Position numbers and translations under genes: made by a program
The notes under the pieces: generated by a model
Databases searched by the model: none
Seen by the model: the letters and a program-made list of their open reading frames with translations, nothing else
What the model was told of the DNA's origin: nothing
DNA from: a virus
Taxonomy: Duplodnaviria > Caudoviricetes
Direction: 5' to 3' (one strand)
Length of the DNA: 64,000 nt
IMG/VR virus record: IMGVR_UViG_3300025018_000003
Location: 26,707 to 90,706 of that record
Shown here: positions 44,617 to 54,298 of the stretch, in pieces
Layout: the number at the start of each line of letters is the position of its first letter
How positions within the stretch are numbered: position 1 is the stretch's first letter

Positions 44617-45279
44617 ATGACCGCTGCGCAGCTTCATGTAGCCATCAACCTCCGCCTCCAGCAGGTAGGAGCGCACGTCAATGACGATTTCCTCCTGGAT
44701 GAAATCGACTACTACCTGACGGCGGCGCAGCGCGAGATTGTCCTGGACCGCGTGCAGCAGGCAGCAGGGGAGCCTGCTCGCTTGGCAGTGAACGACCTCC
44801 GTCCACTGGTGAGTGAGCAGGTTCTCCTGCCAGCCATCGACGCCATCACCTTCCCGGCTGGCGTATCAGGCGAGTACCTGATCCCGTACCCTGACGACTA
44901 CATCATGTGGCTGTCTTCAGAGTCTGGCATGACCAGGACCGGAGACCCGCTGATCTCCACCAAGGAGTACGTGCAGAACCTGGCGATCACGGAGGACCAG
45001 GTGATGCGTGTTCGTACCACCACAGAGCACAAGCCTCACATCCGGCAGCCCCGCGTACTGGTCAGGGAGGACTTCATTCATGTGTTCTGTGACTACCAGA
45101 CGACTCTGATTGACCAGAAGATCGTGTACCTCCGTTACCCGCTGGACATCGTTCTCGACGAGTCTGATGATTTCCTCAACCAGGATCCGGAGCTTCCGGA
45201 CCACATGCACGAGGAGATCATCGAGAGGGCTCTGCAGAAGATGCTCCGTGACCTCAACGCCAGCCCTGAAGAAGGATGA
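44617..45279 (+). CDS. Tail ring/stabilisation protein
   Basis: MT..QLH.A...EIDYYL..AQ...ELP.HMHEEII pattern. Confidence 0.75.
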   Translation: MTAAQLHVAINLRLQQVGAHVNDDFLLDEIDYYLTAAQREIVLDRVQQAAGEPARLAVNDLRPLVSEQVLLPAIDAITFPAGVSGEYLIPYPDDYIMWLSSESGMTRTGDPLISTKEYVQNLAITEDQVMRVRTTTEHKPHIRQPRVLVREDFIHVFCDYQTTLIDQKIVYLRYPLDIVLDESDDFLNQDPELPDHMHEEIIERALQKMLRDLNASPEEG

Positions 45280-46001
45280 CACCGCGAGAGATGCAGATCG
45301 CCTTCCAGGACGCCTTTGATCGGGCTGGCCTGGACCTGGAGATCACCTCCACTGAACTGTTCCGTGAGCTGAACGATGCTCAGGACCAGATCGTGGCCCA
45401 GTTCTTCACCGAGTTCGAACTCAACAACCAGATCTCGGCTGCTCTGGCCCCGCTCGTGGTGCGCAACAGCGCCATCACGACGGTGTACCCTGGTGCGGCC
45501 ATCCTGGACGACTTCACCATCGACAGGGCCTCCGTACCTGCGGACTACCGCTTCTTCATCGCCCTCAGGGCCGGTGTCGAGTGGAAGTACGGCGGGTACA
45601 CCTCCGTCACCGTGGATGGGGTTACCGACAACCGTACCATCGACGATGTCGACAAGGTGCAGAAGATCGTTCCAGTCAAGATCGTGCAGCAGGATGACAT
45701 CTACACCATCCTGCAGGACCCGTTCAACAGACCTCTGTTCCGGAGTCCGGTGGCTGTTCTGCACGACGCATACATCGACGTGTATGCGGACGACAGCTCA
45801 TTCGTGGTCCCAACCATCTACCTCGACTACCTGAAGGTGCCTGACACCATCGCACTGACAGGTGGAGGACAAGGTGGATTGGATCCCGTGCCATCGGAAC
45901 TGCCGGAGCATTTGCACCGGCAGATCGTAGACACAGCTGTGGAACGCTATTTGCGGCGTACCACAACTTCACAGTCCCAAGTGAACCAAGCCCAAGAGTA
46001 A
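45276..46001 (+). CDS. Tail ring/stabilisation protein (paralog)
   Basis: MT.REMQ.AF...LNDAQ...YLK.P...ELPEHLH..IVD.AV pattern. Confidence 0.75.
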   Translation: MTPREMQIAFQDAFDRAGLDLEITSTELFRELNDAQDQIVAQFFTEFELNNQISAALAPLVVRNSAITTVYPGAAILDDFTIDRASVPADYRFFIALRAGVEWKYGGYTSVTVDGVTDNRTIDDVDKVQKIVPVKIVQQDDIYTILQDPFNRPLFRSPVAVLHDAYIDVYADDSSFVVPTIYLDYLKVPDTIALTGGGQGGLDPVPSELPEHLHRQIVDTAVERYLRRTTTSQSQVNQAQE

Positions 46002-46007
46002 CATACC

Positions 46008-47153
46008 ATGAACCCTCTCGTTTTCATCCAGAACACCGGAGCGCTGGCCAATGGAACGGCCACGCATCCCTCGGGTGTGACTGCTGGCAAAATCGCCGTG
46101 TTCAACGCGGCAACTGGAGCCGAGCATTCTTTCGAGGACACTGCAGCTCCGACGAAGTTCTACATCGTGCAGGGTCACGCGACCCAGCCCATCATCTCTC
46201 CGGTCATCGAGAAGGCCAACATCGTCAGTGCCGAGTACCTCGCGTACGCGGCTCCGGTGAAGAAGCTCGTGACCGTGACCAGCATCCCTGCTGGACCCAC
46301 TGGCGGTGACGTCTACACCGTGAAGGTGGTGAACCTCAAGACGGACACGGAGCCCTTCACGCGGGCGAACTACGAAGTCGTGGTCCCGGCCTCCCAGACG
46401 GATGAGGACTCGATCTACGCTCTCGTGGCAGCCAACAAGGCGGATGCCAACCGCTTCGTGGACTTCGGTGCCAACAAGATCGCCACTGGTGTCATCTCCA
46501 CTATGTCGGGCACGCTGGGCATCACCATCACCGATGGTGAGACCGGCAACGCGGCTACCTACACCCAGGCCTACGCGGTTTCCCTCGCAGCCACGGGTGC
46601 AGCCTTCGTGTCTGCCCACGGTGCTTCGATCCTGGCGACCTTCGGTATCACGGTGACCTTCGATACCGCGACCTTCACCTTCACCGGCGGCGTCGGTTCT
46701 GGTGACTGGACGGCGGTGGACGACGGCTCTGGTGGCTGCACGATGGCTGCTGCGTCGTACACGGAAGCCACTTCGCTGCTCATCCAGTCGGATACGGTGG
46801 ATGACAACTTCCAGGTGTTCCTGAACGACACCACGGGAAGCGGTATCTCGACGGCGACGGCGACGGTGACCACGGCGTGGAAGCAGGGCTCGGGTTCCGC
46901 CGCTCAGATCTACGCGCTGGAGCTGGAGTCGCATGGCCGTCGCGGCAACTACTACCGCGAGACCCCGCAGCCGCTCACGCCGGAGACCTTCGCTGACACG
47001 TCGACGCCGCTGAACTACAATGTCTGGAACTTCCTGGTGAAGACGAACCAGGACGGTCAGATCCCGGTCAAGGGCAACCAGTACTACATGGTGGTGCTGG
47101 CCGCGGCCTCGGCGGTCACGGGCGACTTCAATACCTTCCTCGCCGTGTCGTAG
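46008..47153 (+). CDS. Virion structural protein (auxiliary capsid-like) carrying the shared module
   Basis: Thr/Ala-rich; module at about 46488-46745. Confidence 0.7.
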   Translation: MNPLVFIQNTGALANGTATHPSGVTAGKIAVFNAATGAEHSFEDTAAPTKFYIVQGHATQPIISPVIEKANIVSAEYLAYAAPVKKLVTVTSIPAGPTGGDVYTVKVVNLKTDTEPFTRANYEVVVPASQTDEDSIYALVAANKADANRFVDFGANKIATGVISTMSGTLGITITDGETGNAATYTQAYAVSLAATGAAFVSAHGASILATFGITVTFDTATFTFTGGVGSGDWTAVDDGSGGCTMAAASYTEATSLLIQSDTVDDNFQVFLNDTTGSGISTATATVTTAWKQGSGSAAQIYALELESHGRRGNYYRETPQPLTPETFADTSTPLNYNVWNFLVKTNQDGQIPVKGNQYYMVVLAAASAVTGDFNTFLAVS

Positions 47154-47182
47154 GAGGGCTCCCAGATGGGAGAGACGAAGTA

Positions 47183-47220
47183 ACAGAGGGCGGTCTTCCA
47201 CTTGGGGGACCGCCCTCTGT
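47183..47220 (+). terminator. Intrinsic terminator
   Basis: ACAGAGGGCGGTCTTCC-ACTT-GGGGGACCGCCCTCTGT, then GTTT. Confidence 0.75.
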
Positions 47221-47300
47221 GTTTACAGCACTTTTTCACGGGAGAGATCTGTCGCGTCCGGAGTACTTCTTGCGTTGGATCTTCCAAACAGGGTCGACTC

Positions 47301-47588
47301 ATGCTCTTCTTGTTCAATATGCTGATGCAGGACGTTCCAGATGGCGTCGTGGATGCTGTCACCAGGATCTCTCCGTACGACGGTGCCGCCTACGGAGGAC
47401 TGGTGCTCGTCCTCCTCATCGTCCTGTACCTGCAGTACAAAGACAAGCAGAAGCAGGCGGAGGCCCTTGAGAAAGCAGTCGAGACTCTCAACGACATCGA
47501 GATCAGCCTGAGAGCCATCCCCGAGTTGAAGTTGCTGATTCTCTCGAAACTTCTCAACACCAATCCACCGAACACCAACGATGCTTAA
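47301..47588 (+). CDS. Single-TM holin-like protein
   Basis: YGGLVLVLLIVLYLQY TM segment plus coiled coil. Confidence 0.55.
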   Translation: MLFLFNMLMQDVPDGVVDAVTRISPYDGAAYGGLVLVLLIVLYLQYKDKQKQAEALEKAVETLNDIEISLRAIPELKLLILSKLLNTNPPNTNDA

Positions 47589-48096
47589 CGGTCTGAAAAG
47601 AATGTTCCAGACCATCACCAGACACCGTGCTGCTCATGAAGCTCTGCGTCATCAGAGCCTCAAGATCAAGGCGTTGCGCCTGCGTGAAGTGGAACCTCGT
47701 GAAGTGCCCATTGAGTTCCGTTCCTCCGGGTTCTGGGACCGGGTGAGCAACAACCTTGGCCACGGCATCATGTTTGCCAGGACATCCTACCAGACGGAGG
47801 ATGAGGCCGCAATTTCCTGTCACTGGGAGGAGGGTGCGATGATGCATCCGCACTGCCACCCAGAGTCAGAGGAATACGTGTACGTCATCCGTGGGGCGTT
47901 GAAGGATCACGTCAAGGGCGCGATCCTTTACCCAGGGGAGAGGGTCTCTATTGAGGATGTGCTGGCGGGCACGGCGCAAGCCCAGCCCTACGTGATTCCA
48001 GCTGGCCAGGCACACTTCCTGCAGGCACTTGAACCTGACACCTTCTTCGTGATCAAGTTCAAGCGTCAAGATGGCAACACAGATAACTGTCAATGA
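47581..48096 (+). CDS. Cupin-domain protein
   Basis: HPHCHPESEEYVYVIRG and YVIPAGQAH cupin motifs. Confidence 0.8.
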   Translation: MLNGLKRMFQTITRHRAAHEALRHQSLKIKALRLREVEPREVPIEFRSSGFWDRVSNNLGHGIMFARTSYQTEDEAAISCHWEEGAMMHPHCHPESEEYVYVIRGALKDHVKGAILYPGERVSIEDVLAGTAQAQPYVIPAGQAHFLQALEPDTFFVIKFKRQDGNTDNCQ

Positions 48097-48697
48097 CGGT
48101 GGGAAGTCAGGGAAGCTCTCCCTGTGGCTCAACGTCATCCTACTGGCCCTACTCGTAATTTGTTGGGTCACAAGACCCAAGGTCTCTGAACCAGAGATCG
48201 TGGAACGGGTGGAGACTGTTGTAACGGTGGACACCGTCTACGTGGACAGGACCATCCGTGAGATCGCGGTGGTGACCGACACCGTCGTGGTTCACGACGA
48301 TGGGCCAACCATACCGCCCAGTATTCTGGGCACTCTTCCCCCATTGCGCACATACTACCAGAGCTTCGCTGACACGCTCATCATGGGCAACATCACGTCT
48401 CTGGTGCGCGGAGAACTCCTTGAGCAGCGGATGTTCTACAAGCCGCTGCAGCCTGACTACGTCCTCCGAACTGTGACCAACACTGAGTACAGGACTGAAA
48501 GAATCGTGGTTCGCCAGAGTTTCTTCCAGGCTGGTCTCGAAGTTGGCATGGTGGATGCAGGGCTGCAGGTCAACCCGATGGTAGGGTACACCCACCATAC
48601 CGGACACTCTGTCTTCTACCGGTACACTCCCTGGGAAGGAGGTGGTCACGCCGTCGGTTTTCTGACACCAATCAGAATCCCTTGGATCAACCTATGA
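48071..48697 (+). CDS. Membrane-anchored spanin-like protein
   Basis: N-terminal TM, VDTVYV repeats, C-terminal beta-rich G.G.G segment typical of Bacteroidota phage spanin-like genes (from memory). Confidence 0.55.
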   Translation: MATQITVNDGGKSGKLSLWLNVILLALLVICWVTRPKVSEPEIVERVETVVTVDTVYVDRTIREIAVVTDTVVVHDDGPTIPPSILGTLPPLRTYYQSFADTLIMGNITSLVRGELLEQRMFYKPLQPDYVLRTVTNTEYRTERIVVRQSFFQAGLEVGMVDAGLQVNPMVGYTHHTGHSVFYRYTPWEGGGHAVGFLTPIRIPWINL

Positions 48698-49917
48698 CTA
48701 TCGAAGTAGCCAAGAGCTTCCTCCGAGAGCATCCAGGATACCTAAGATGGGGAGATGGTCGACTCTCAGAGAAGCTCGGGCTCTCGGTGTCACTGGTCCG
48801 CGACCTGAGATCCATCATCAAGGTAGAACAGGCTGTGGGCATCGACACAGAGTCCACGAATCAGGGAGGGTACCAGCCCCCCTCGTCCTTCCAGTTCCTC
48901 AGCTCCAACCCCTACGAGGAGTTCCTGGCTGAGCGTGGGATCAACCCCGACGACGTCGTCTCCGTCAAGCACTGGCAGAACATGGCCGGTGATCCACGCT
49001 TCAGCGTGGTGACGTGTGACAACGATGAGCTGACGCAGGCGCAGATGGAAGACGGCATCATCAAGATGCTGTCCGAGTACTCCCCGGCTCTGTACGTAGA
49101 GCCTCCGCAGGTGCAGGGAGAGCGGTGCGCGGTTGTACACCTCTACGACGCACACGTCGACAAGATCGTGCTCTCCAGCGAGGTCTACGACGATGACTCC
49201 GATCTGACCCTGGAAGAGCGCTTTCAGCAGCTCGAAGACAGGTTCGATGAAGTGGTGGCTGGTCTGGTCCACCACAACGTGGAGAAAGTCTTCTTCCCAG
49301 TCGGGAACGACTTCTTCACCACCAACGGTCCTGAGCAAGGTACCAGACGCGGTACACCCCAACGTACCATTGTGCCCCACGAAGAGGTCTTCTTGCGTGG
49401 GGTTCGTTTTTATCTGGACTGCATCACCAAGCTCCTGTCGGTGGCCAACCAGGTGGAAGTCATCGTCATCCGCGGCAACCATGACACGGATGCCGTCTTC
49501 TACCTCGGCGTGGCTCTTCAGATGGCCCTGGGACGAGAGGAGCGGGTGAACGTCAACATGAGCCGCCATGCCCGCAAGTACTTCGAGTACGGCATCTGGG
49601 GCTTCGGCTTCGGCCATGGAGACAACGAGAAGCGGAACATGGACCGCATGCCTCTCTGGTTCGCCCAGGAAGGCAAAGCCATCTGGTACCGGACCAAGTT
49701 CCACGAGCTGTTCCTGGGAGACGTCCACCACAAGGAGGTCTACAAGTTCAGATCATCCTACGACGGGGTGGGCATGACCGCCCACTTCATGCGGAGCACC
49801 AACGGGGTGGACCAGTGGCACTCTGATTCCGGCTGGACCGGCATCCCGAAGGAGATCTCCGCCACCGTCTACCACCGTTCCACTGGACGCAAGAACTCTG
49901 TGTCCGTTTCCTGGTAA
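48694..49917 (+). CDS. Metallophosphoesterase with N-terminal HTH-like segment
   Basis: YDAHVDK, VGNDFF, RGNHD, FGHGD and GDVHH motifs. Confidence 0.85.
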   Translation: MTIEVAKSFLREHPGYLRWGDGRLSEKLGLSVSLVRDLRSIIKVEQAVGIDTESTNQGGYQPPSSFQFLSSNPYEEFLAERGINPDDVVSVKHWQNMAGDPRFSVVTCDNDELTQAQMEDGIIKMLSEYSPALYVEPPQVQGERCAVVHLYDAHVDKIVLSSEVYDDDSDLTLEERFQQLEDRFDEVVAGLVHHNVEKVFFPVGNDFFTTNGPEQGTRRGTPQRTIVPHEEVFLRGVRFYLDCITKLLSVANQVEVIVIRGNHDTDAVFYLGVALQMALGREERVNVNMSRHARKYFEYGIWGFGFGHGDNEKRNMDRMPLWFAQEGKAIWYRTKFHELFLGDVHHKEVYKFRSSYDGVGMTAHFMRSTNGVDQWHSDSGWTGIPKEISATVYHRSTGRKNSVSVSW

Positions 49918-49922
49918 CATCG

Positions 49923-50216
49923 ATGTCCGAGTACACCGACAAGAAGCTTGGTTTCCATGAACCAAACTTGGCGTACGATTTGCCGGAGATGATCATACGG
50001 ATCAGAACGCTCATCAGGAATGGTGAGTTGGAGGGACTCTCGACGTTCCTAGACAACGCCCAGGTCCTACTGGACGTCGTCAAGAGGGATGTGGAGTCTC
50101 ACCTTCTGCTCCTTTCACACGAGCTGGACAGAGTCCGAACCCTCTTGAACCATGATCACGCTGAATCAGGCGGCCTACAACCTTCTCAACCAGGCACGAG
50201 GGGGCAGGTCCAGTAA
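49923..50216 (+). CDS. Hypothetical protein
   Basis: ORF. Confidence 0.5.
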   Translation: MSEYTDKKLGFHEPNLAYDLPEMIIRIRTLIRNGELEGLSTFLDNAQVLLDVVKRDVESHLLLLSHELDRVRTLLNHDHAESGGLQPSQPGTRGQVQ

Positions 50217-50859
50217 CAACGAGTACTTGAGTCTGGAGCAGATCAAGTACTGGATCCGGTACTACAGGGCGCTTCTCATCCGCCGTGATGAGGAGCGCTT
50301 CTCCCGTGTTGAGGAGCACGCACAGACTATCTCTGTGCCCATCAACACCACCAATGTGAGCTGGTCCTCCGGGGCGCAGACCTTCCCCGAGAATGCGTCA
50401 TCCGCACCTGCGGACACGGCTATCTCTGACAACCCTCTTCCGACCATCGTCAGGTTGAAGGATCGCCCTGCCGTCATGCAGGTGCTGATCGAGGGAACGC
50501 GGCAGCAGATCCCCTACGTGGACAGCCGTAGGAGCGTCTGGAACCAGTACGACAAGTACACCTCGGCATCCCGTCGCTGCTGGATCCACAAGGGGTTCCT
50601 GTACGTCAGCAACTGGGATCTGACTGGTGTAGCGACTCCGGTGGTAGAACTGACGGCGATCTTCGAGGATCCGGAGCAGGCCTACAACTTCAATCTGGGA
50701 GCCAACTCCCCCTGGGACGACAACCTCAACGAATTCCCGCTCTCCGCGGATCTGCTGCAGCAGGTCACCCAGAGTATCATGAGTGGGGAACTGCAGGTCA
50801 TGGCGTCAGCGCCATCTGACCACTCTCTCGACAACCTTCCTGACAGACAAGCTGAATAG
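50152..50859 (+). CDS. Conserved crAss tail ring-type protein
   Basis: MITLNQ.AY...QIKYWI...RA.LI...FEDP pattern. Confidence 0.72.
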   Translation: MITLNQAAYNLLNQARGGRSSNNEYLSLEQIKYWIRYYRALLIRRDEERFSRVEEHAQTISVPINTTNVSWSSGAQTFPENASSAPADTAISDNPLPTIVRLKDRPAVMQVLIEGTRQQIPYVDSRRSVWNQYDKYTSASRRCWIHKGFLYVSNWDLTGVATPVVELTAIFEDPEQAYNFNLGANSPWDDNLNEFPLSADLLQQVTQSIMSGELQVMASAPSDHSLDNLPDRQAE

Positions 50860-50861
50860 CC

Positions 50862-51275
50862 ATGGCCAACACCGCATACGCCAAGTTCCTGCAGGCCCTG
50901 GGGACGGGATCCATCGATCTCTCCGCCGGGACCTTCAAGATCGCCCTCGTGGACACGGGGACGTACACCGTCGACGCCTCTGATGCCGGTCACGAGTTCC
51001 TCAGTGACCTCTCCGGTGTTCTGGAGACTGCCACCCTTGTCACCCCCACCTGGGTTGCCCGGGTCTTCGATGCCGACGACTTCGTGGGCACCTTCCCTGA
51101 CGGCGGGGGCGGCTTCACAGGGGAAGCCCTCGTCATTTACAAGGACACTGGCGTGGCTGCCACCAGCCCGCTGATGTTCTACCTGGACACGGTCACAGGT
51201 CTGCCCATCACCCTGGACGGTACCGATGACTCCCTCACCTTCAACGCCTCTGGCATCTGGAAACTGGGTAGCTGA
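50862..51275 (+). CDS. Small virion structural protein of tail-fibre modules
   Basis: IDL....KIALV...FDADD...GI..L pattern, common next to tail-fibre genes. Confidence 0.6.
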   Translation: MANTAYAKFLQALGTGSIDLSAGTFKIALVDTGTYTVDASDAGHEFLSDLSGVLETATLVTPTWVARVFDADDFVGTFPDGGGGFTGEALVIYKDTGVAATSPLMFYLDTVTGLPITLDGTDDSLTFNASGIWKLGS

Positions 51276-51277
51276 TC

Positions 51278-51574
51278 ATGCTGAACGACCTTCTACAGAA
51301 GCTCATCTCTATCTTCTCAACCACACACGACGCTGCCACTGGGAAGAAGGGATTCGTGGCCATCGCGGACACCGATGCTCACACTGGCGTCTTCTTCGCC
51401 ATCACGACAGTGGGTGGAGCAGCGGTTCTCAACTCCGCAGGCACTATCTCGCGGGAAGGAGACTCCGTCATCAACAACCACTCCATCCCTGACGGCTTCA
51501 CCCTGTACGGCAACTGGTCGTCGGTGCAGCTGGCTTCCGGCAACGCCTACTCCTACCACGACGGAGAGGTCTGA
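51278..51574 (+). CDS. Hypothetical beta-rich protein
   Basis: ORF coupled by TGATG. Confidence 0.65.
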   Translation: MLNDLLQKLISIFSTTHDAATGKKGFVAIADTDAHTGVFFAITTVGGAAVLNSAGTISREGDSVINNHSIPDGFTLYGNWSSVQLASGNAYSYHDGEV

Positions 51575-52488
51575 TGCACAATCTGCTGGGCAACAACAAG
51601 ATCTCCAACGGAGGGGCCAACAGGGGAGGGAAAACCTTTCCGTACCTCTTTGCTATGGCTTCCTCCTCCAACGCTACAGTCAATAGTGGTCTGTACCGCT
51701 ACCTCATTGATCCCGCTACCGGCTTGCTAAGTGGAGAGACCCTTTTGATTGATCACGGATTGAACGCATCGACTGGGATCAATAAACTGGTGTACATCCC
51801 GAAAACGAAGTTGGTCTATTTCATCAACGGCAAAACCGGGGTCGGAAATGTTGAGGCTTGCAGTGTACTGACTGGAGATCTGGTCTACTCTTTCGATGCG
51901 GCGTACACCAATTGCCCTGGCCTGTATGCAGATGAAACTCATCTCTACCACATGGCTGGGTCCAACACGGTTGTTAAGCGTCTACCGTTGGACCTGAGTT
52001 CAGAAGAAGCGGCCTTCACCTTCAATGCCACCTGCTACGATTTTGTACCAAGTGGACTGGCTGATTACCCTCTGTTCGCCAGATTCACTGGAGGCTCTTA
52101 CTCGTACCACAAGAGTAAGCTGGCAGCAAATGATAGAGTTCAGATTGTGACTGGTATATCCTCCTTCTACGCGCAATCTCGACTTCCAATCGTGTCCAGT
52201 GATGGTCTTTCCTTCTGGGCTTCTGGTGACAATCCTAATAATCCGGCGTTCCAACTCTCCCACAAACGAAGCATGGTAGACGGCACCATTGAAATCACGT
52301 ATTTAGGAAACGGTACGCACTACCTCAATGGGGCCTGTTTCGGAAAGACCAACGAGCATCTTTTTGCCGTGAACGGACTTGGTAGAACCATATACGCGTG
52401 GCCCATTGACGGAGGGACCATCATCCCCAACGTGTTCAGTGGCAACAACTACTCTATAATGTTCATCGCTTACCTTCCTGAGCAATAG
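51574..52488 (+). CDS. Beta-propeller-like putative receptor-binding protein, lower GC
   Basis: Repeated short beta-strand/aromatic pattern; visibly more AT-rich codons. Confidence 0.6.
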   Translation: MHNLLGNNKISNGGANRGGKTFPYLFAMASSSNATVNSGLYRYLIDPATGLLSGETLLIDHGLNASTGINKLVYIPKTKLVYFINGKTGVGNVEACSVLTGDLVYSFDAAYTNCPGLYADETHLYHMAGSNTVVKRLPLDLSSEEAAFTFNATCYDFVPSGLADYPLFARFTGGSYSYHKSKLAANDRVQIVTGISSFYAQSRLPIVSSDGLSFWASGDNPNNPAFQLSHKRSMVDGTIEITYLGNGTHYLNGACFGKTNEHLFAVNGLGRTIYAWPIDGGTIIPNVFSGNNYSIMFIAYLPEQ

Positions 52489-53813
52489 TGGATAGACACC
52501 AGCACGATAACCTGGCCACCCTGCTCCGCATCATTGCGGATAGGATCTACAATCCCAACTACTCTCTAGATGGGACTGGCCCTGACTACTCGTTGGTGGG
52601 GGCTATCGCTGCTTCTTTAGGTCTGGACAGCGCGGCCAGAGACGGCTTCTCTAGGTACCGAGTCTCCAACCCGGTCACCATCTTTGACAGCAAGCTCCTG
52701 TTCGACAAGGCTCCACTGGTATGGGATGAGGAAACGATCTCTGGCTCAGGAATCTCCAGCACCTGGTCGAAGAATCGTGCGTCGGTAACGCTGACATCGA
52801 CCAATGAGACGGCCTGTAACTTCGTCCGACAGACCTTCCAGCGGTTCAACTACCAGCCGGGCAAGGGCAACTTGGTAGAGGTGACTGGGGTCCTGTACTC
52901 TCCGCAGGTCGGGAGAACGATCACCCTTGGACAGTTCGATGCCCAGAACGGCTTCATGTTCAGGGATGACGCTGGCACATACCAGTGGGGTATCCGCTCC
53001 TACAAGACCGGCTCTCCGGTTGATACCTGGTTCACCCAGGACGAGTGGAACATCGACAAGATGGACGGCACAGGGCCTTCCGGGATCACCGCCGACTTCA
53101 CCCAGAACCAGATCTTCATCTGGGACTATCAGTGGCTCGGAGTTGGTAGAGTCCGCGTGGGTCTGGACATCGACGGCAAGATCTTTTACTGCCACGAGTT
53201 CAACCACGCCAACGTCACCCAGGGAGTGTACATGTCCACTCCGAACCTCCCGTTGAGGTGGGAGATGACGACGACTGCCGATACCCCAGCTACCAGTGTC
53301 GAGGTCGTCTGTGGTGCAGTCCTGTCGGAAGGTGGATCCAACGACACTGGCATCCTGCGGTACGAGAGCACCAACGGAGCCCACGTCGACGCCAACGCGG
53401 CTGATACCTGGTACCCCATCATCGGAATCCATCTGAAGACCACCCACATTGGATGCACGGTCAAGCTAGCATCCATGTCGATGATCAACGAGCAGAGCCA
53501 GGACTTCGAGTGGGCCATCGCCATGAACCCTACCGTCACAGGCTCTCCGACCTGGAATCCGATGACCAACAGCGCCGTTGAGACCATGCTGGGAGCGACG
53601 GCCATCACTGTATCATGGGACACCGGGATCTGGTTCACCGGAGGAATGGTGAAGTCTGGTGCTTCTGCTGATCAGGTTGCCTCAGATCTCGAAAATGCTG
53701 TGACCCTGGGGTCAGACATCAGCGACAACCGAGATCAGATCTTCCTGTGTGCCAGGCCGCTGGCGATCAACGCAGACATCGAAGCAACCCTTTCGTGGAG
53801 AGAGATTCAGTGA
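52488..53813 (+). CDS. Virion structural protein with lectin/LamG-like beta domain
   Basis: GTG start; RQT..RFNYQPGK, Q...D.WN.DKMDGTGPSG and YQWLGVGRVR motifs widespread in environmental phages. Confidence 0.7.
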   Translation: MDRHQHDNLATLLRIIADRIYNPNYSLDGTGPDYSLVGAIAASLGLDSAARDGFSRYRVSNPVTIFDSKLLFDKAPLVWDEETISGSGISSTWSKNRASVTLTSTNETACNFVRQTFQRFNYQPGKGNLVEVTGVLYSPQVGRTITLGQFDAQNGFMFRDDAGTYQWGIRSYKTGSPVDTWFTQDEWNIDKMDGTGPSGITADFTQNQIFIWDYQWLGVGRVRVGLDIDGKIFYCHEFNHANVTQGVYMSTPNLPLRWEMTTTADTPATSVEVVCGAVLSEGGSNDTGILRYESTNGAHVDANAADTWYPIIGIHLKTTHIGCTVKLASMSMINEQSQDFEWAIAMNPTVTGSPTWNPMTNSAVETMLGATAITVSWDTGIWFTGGMVKSGASADQVASDLENAVTLGSDISDNRDQIFLCARPLAINADIEATLSWREIQ

Positions 53814-54298
53814 GAAGAAACAGATCACAGAAGGACATCTTCCAGTTCTACGTCTCCCGAGGAGGAAATCTGGATTGGAAGGTCTGGGCAGACGTCGTGG
53901 CCAGGTTCAACAACTCGGTCATGGACGAGATCATCATGGAGGGACGTGAGTTCGACATGGGCGCTGGACTCTCCAGGATCTGCGTGCTGCGCATTGATCG
54001 CAACCACGCAACCCCCAGAGTCGACTGGGTTTCAACCCGCAAGCTGAAAGAAGAACTCCTGGTTGAAGGAAAGAATCTGATGTCGGAAGACACTCCGGAT
54101 GGAGAGCCGTACCTGGTCTACTACACCGACGACTGGTACTGCCGCTTCTTCTGGGAGAAGAGATCCTGTATGGTGCGGAACAAGAGCGCCTACAGGTTCG
54201 ATGCATCACGCGGACTCAAGGGCAACAAGACCAAGCTGGTCCAGCATTTGCTGTCCGATGACCTTGCCTACCTCAAGTACGACAAAGCAAAACCATGA
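53810..54298 (+). CDS. Conserved crAss-like protein (HU/IHF-related)
   Basis: GTG start overlapping TGA; VDWVSTRKL...VYYTDDWYCRFFW pattern. Confidence 0.6.
   Translation: MRRNRSQKDIFQFYVSRGGNLDWKVWADVVARFNNSVMDEIIMEGREFDMGAGLSRICVLRIDRNHATPRVDWVSTRKLKEELLVEGKNLMSEDTPDGEPYLVYYTDDWYCRFFWEKRSCMVRNKSAYRFDASRGLKGNKTKLVQHLLSDDLAYLKYDKAKP

Noticed and set aside
45969-47201. Long antisense ORFs (also 12159-13304, 37607-38761, 9686-10561, 5338-6342, 39664-40566, 48790-49731, 55538-56431)
   Set aside because: They shadow well-supported genes on the opposite strand, as expected from strong GC3 bias, and show no recognisable motifs.
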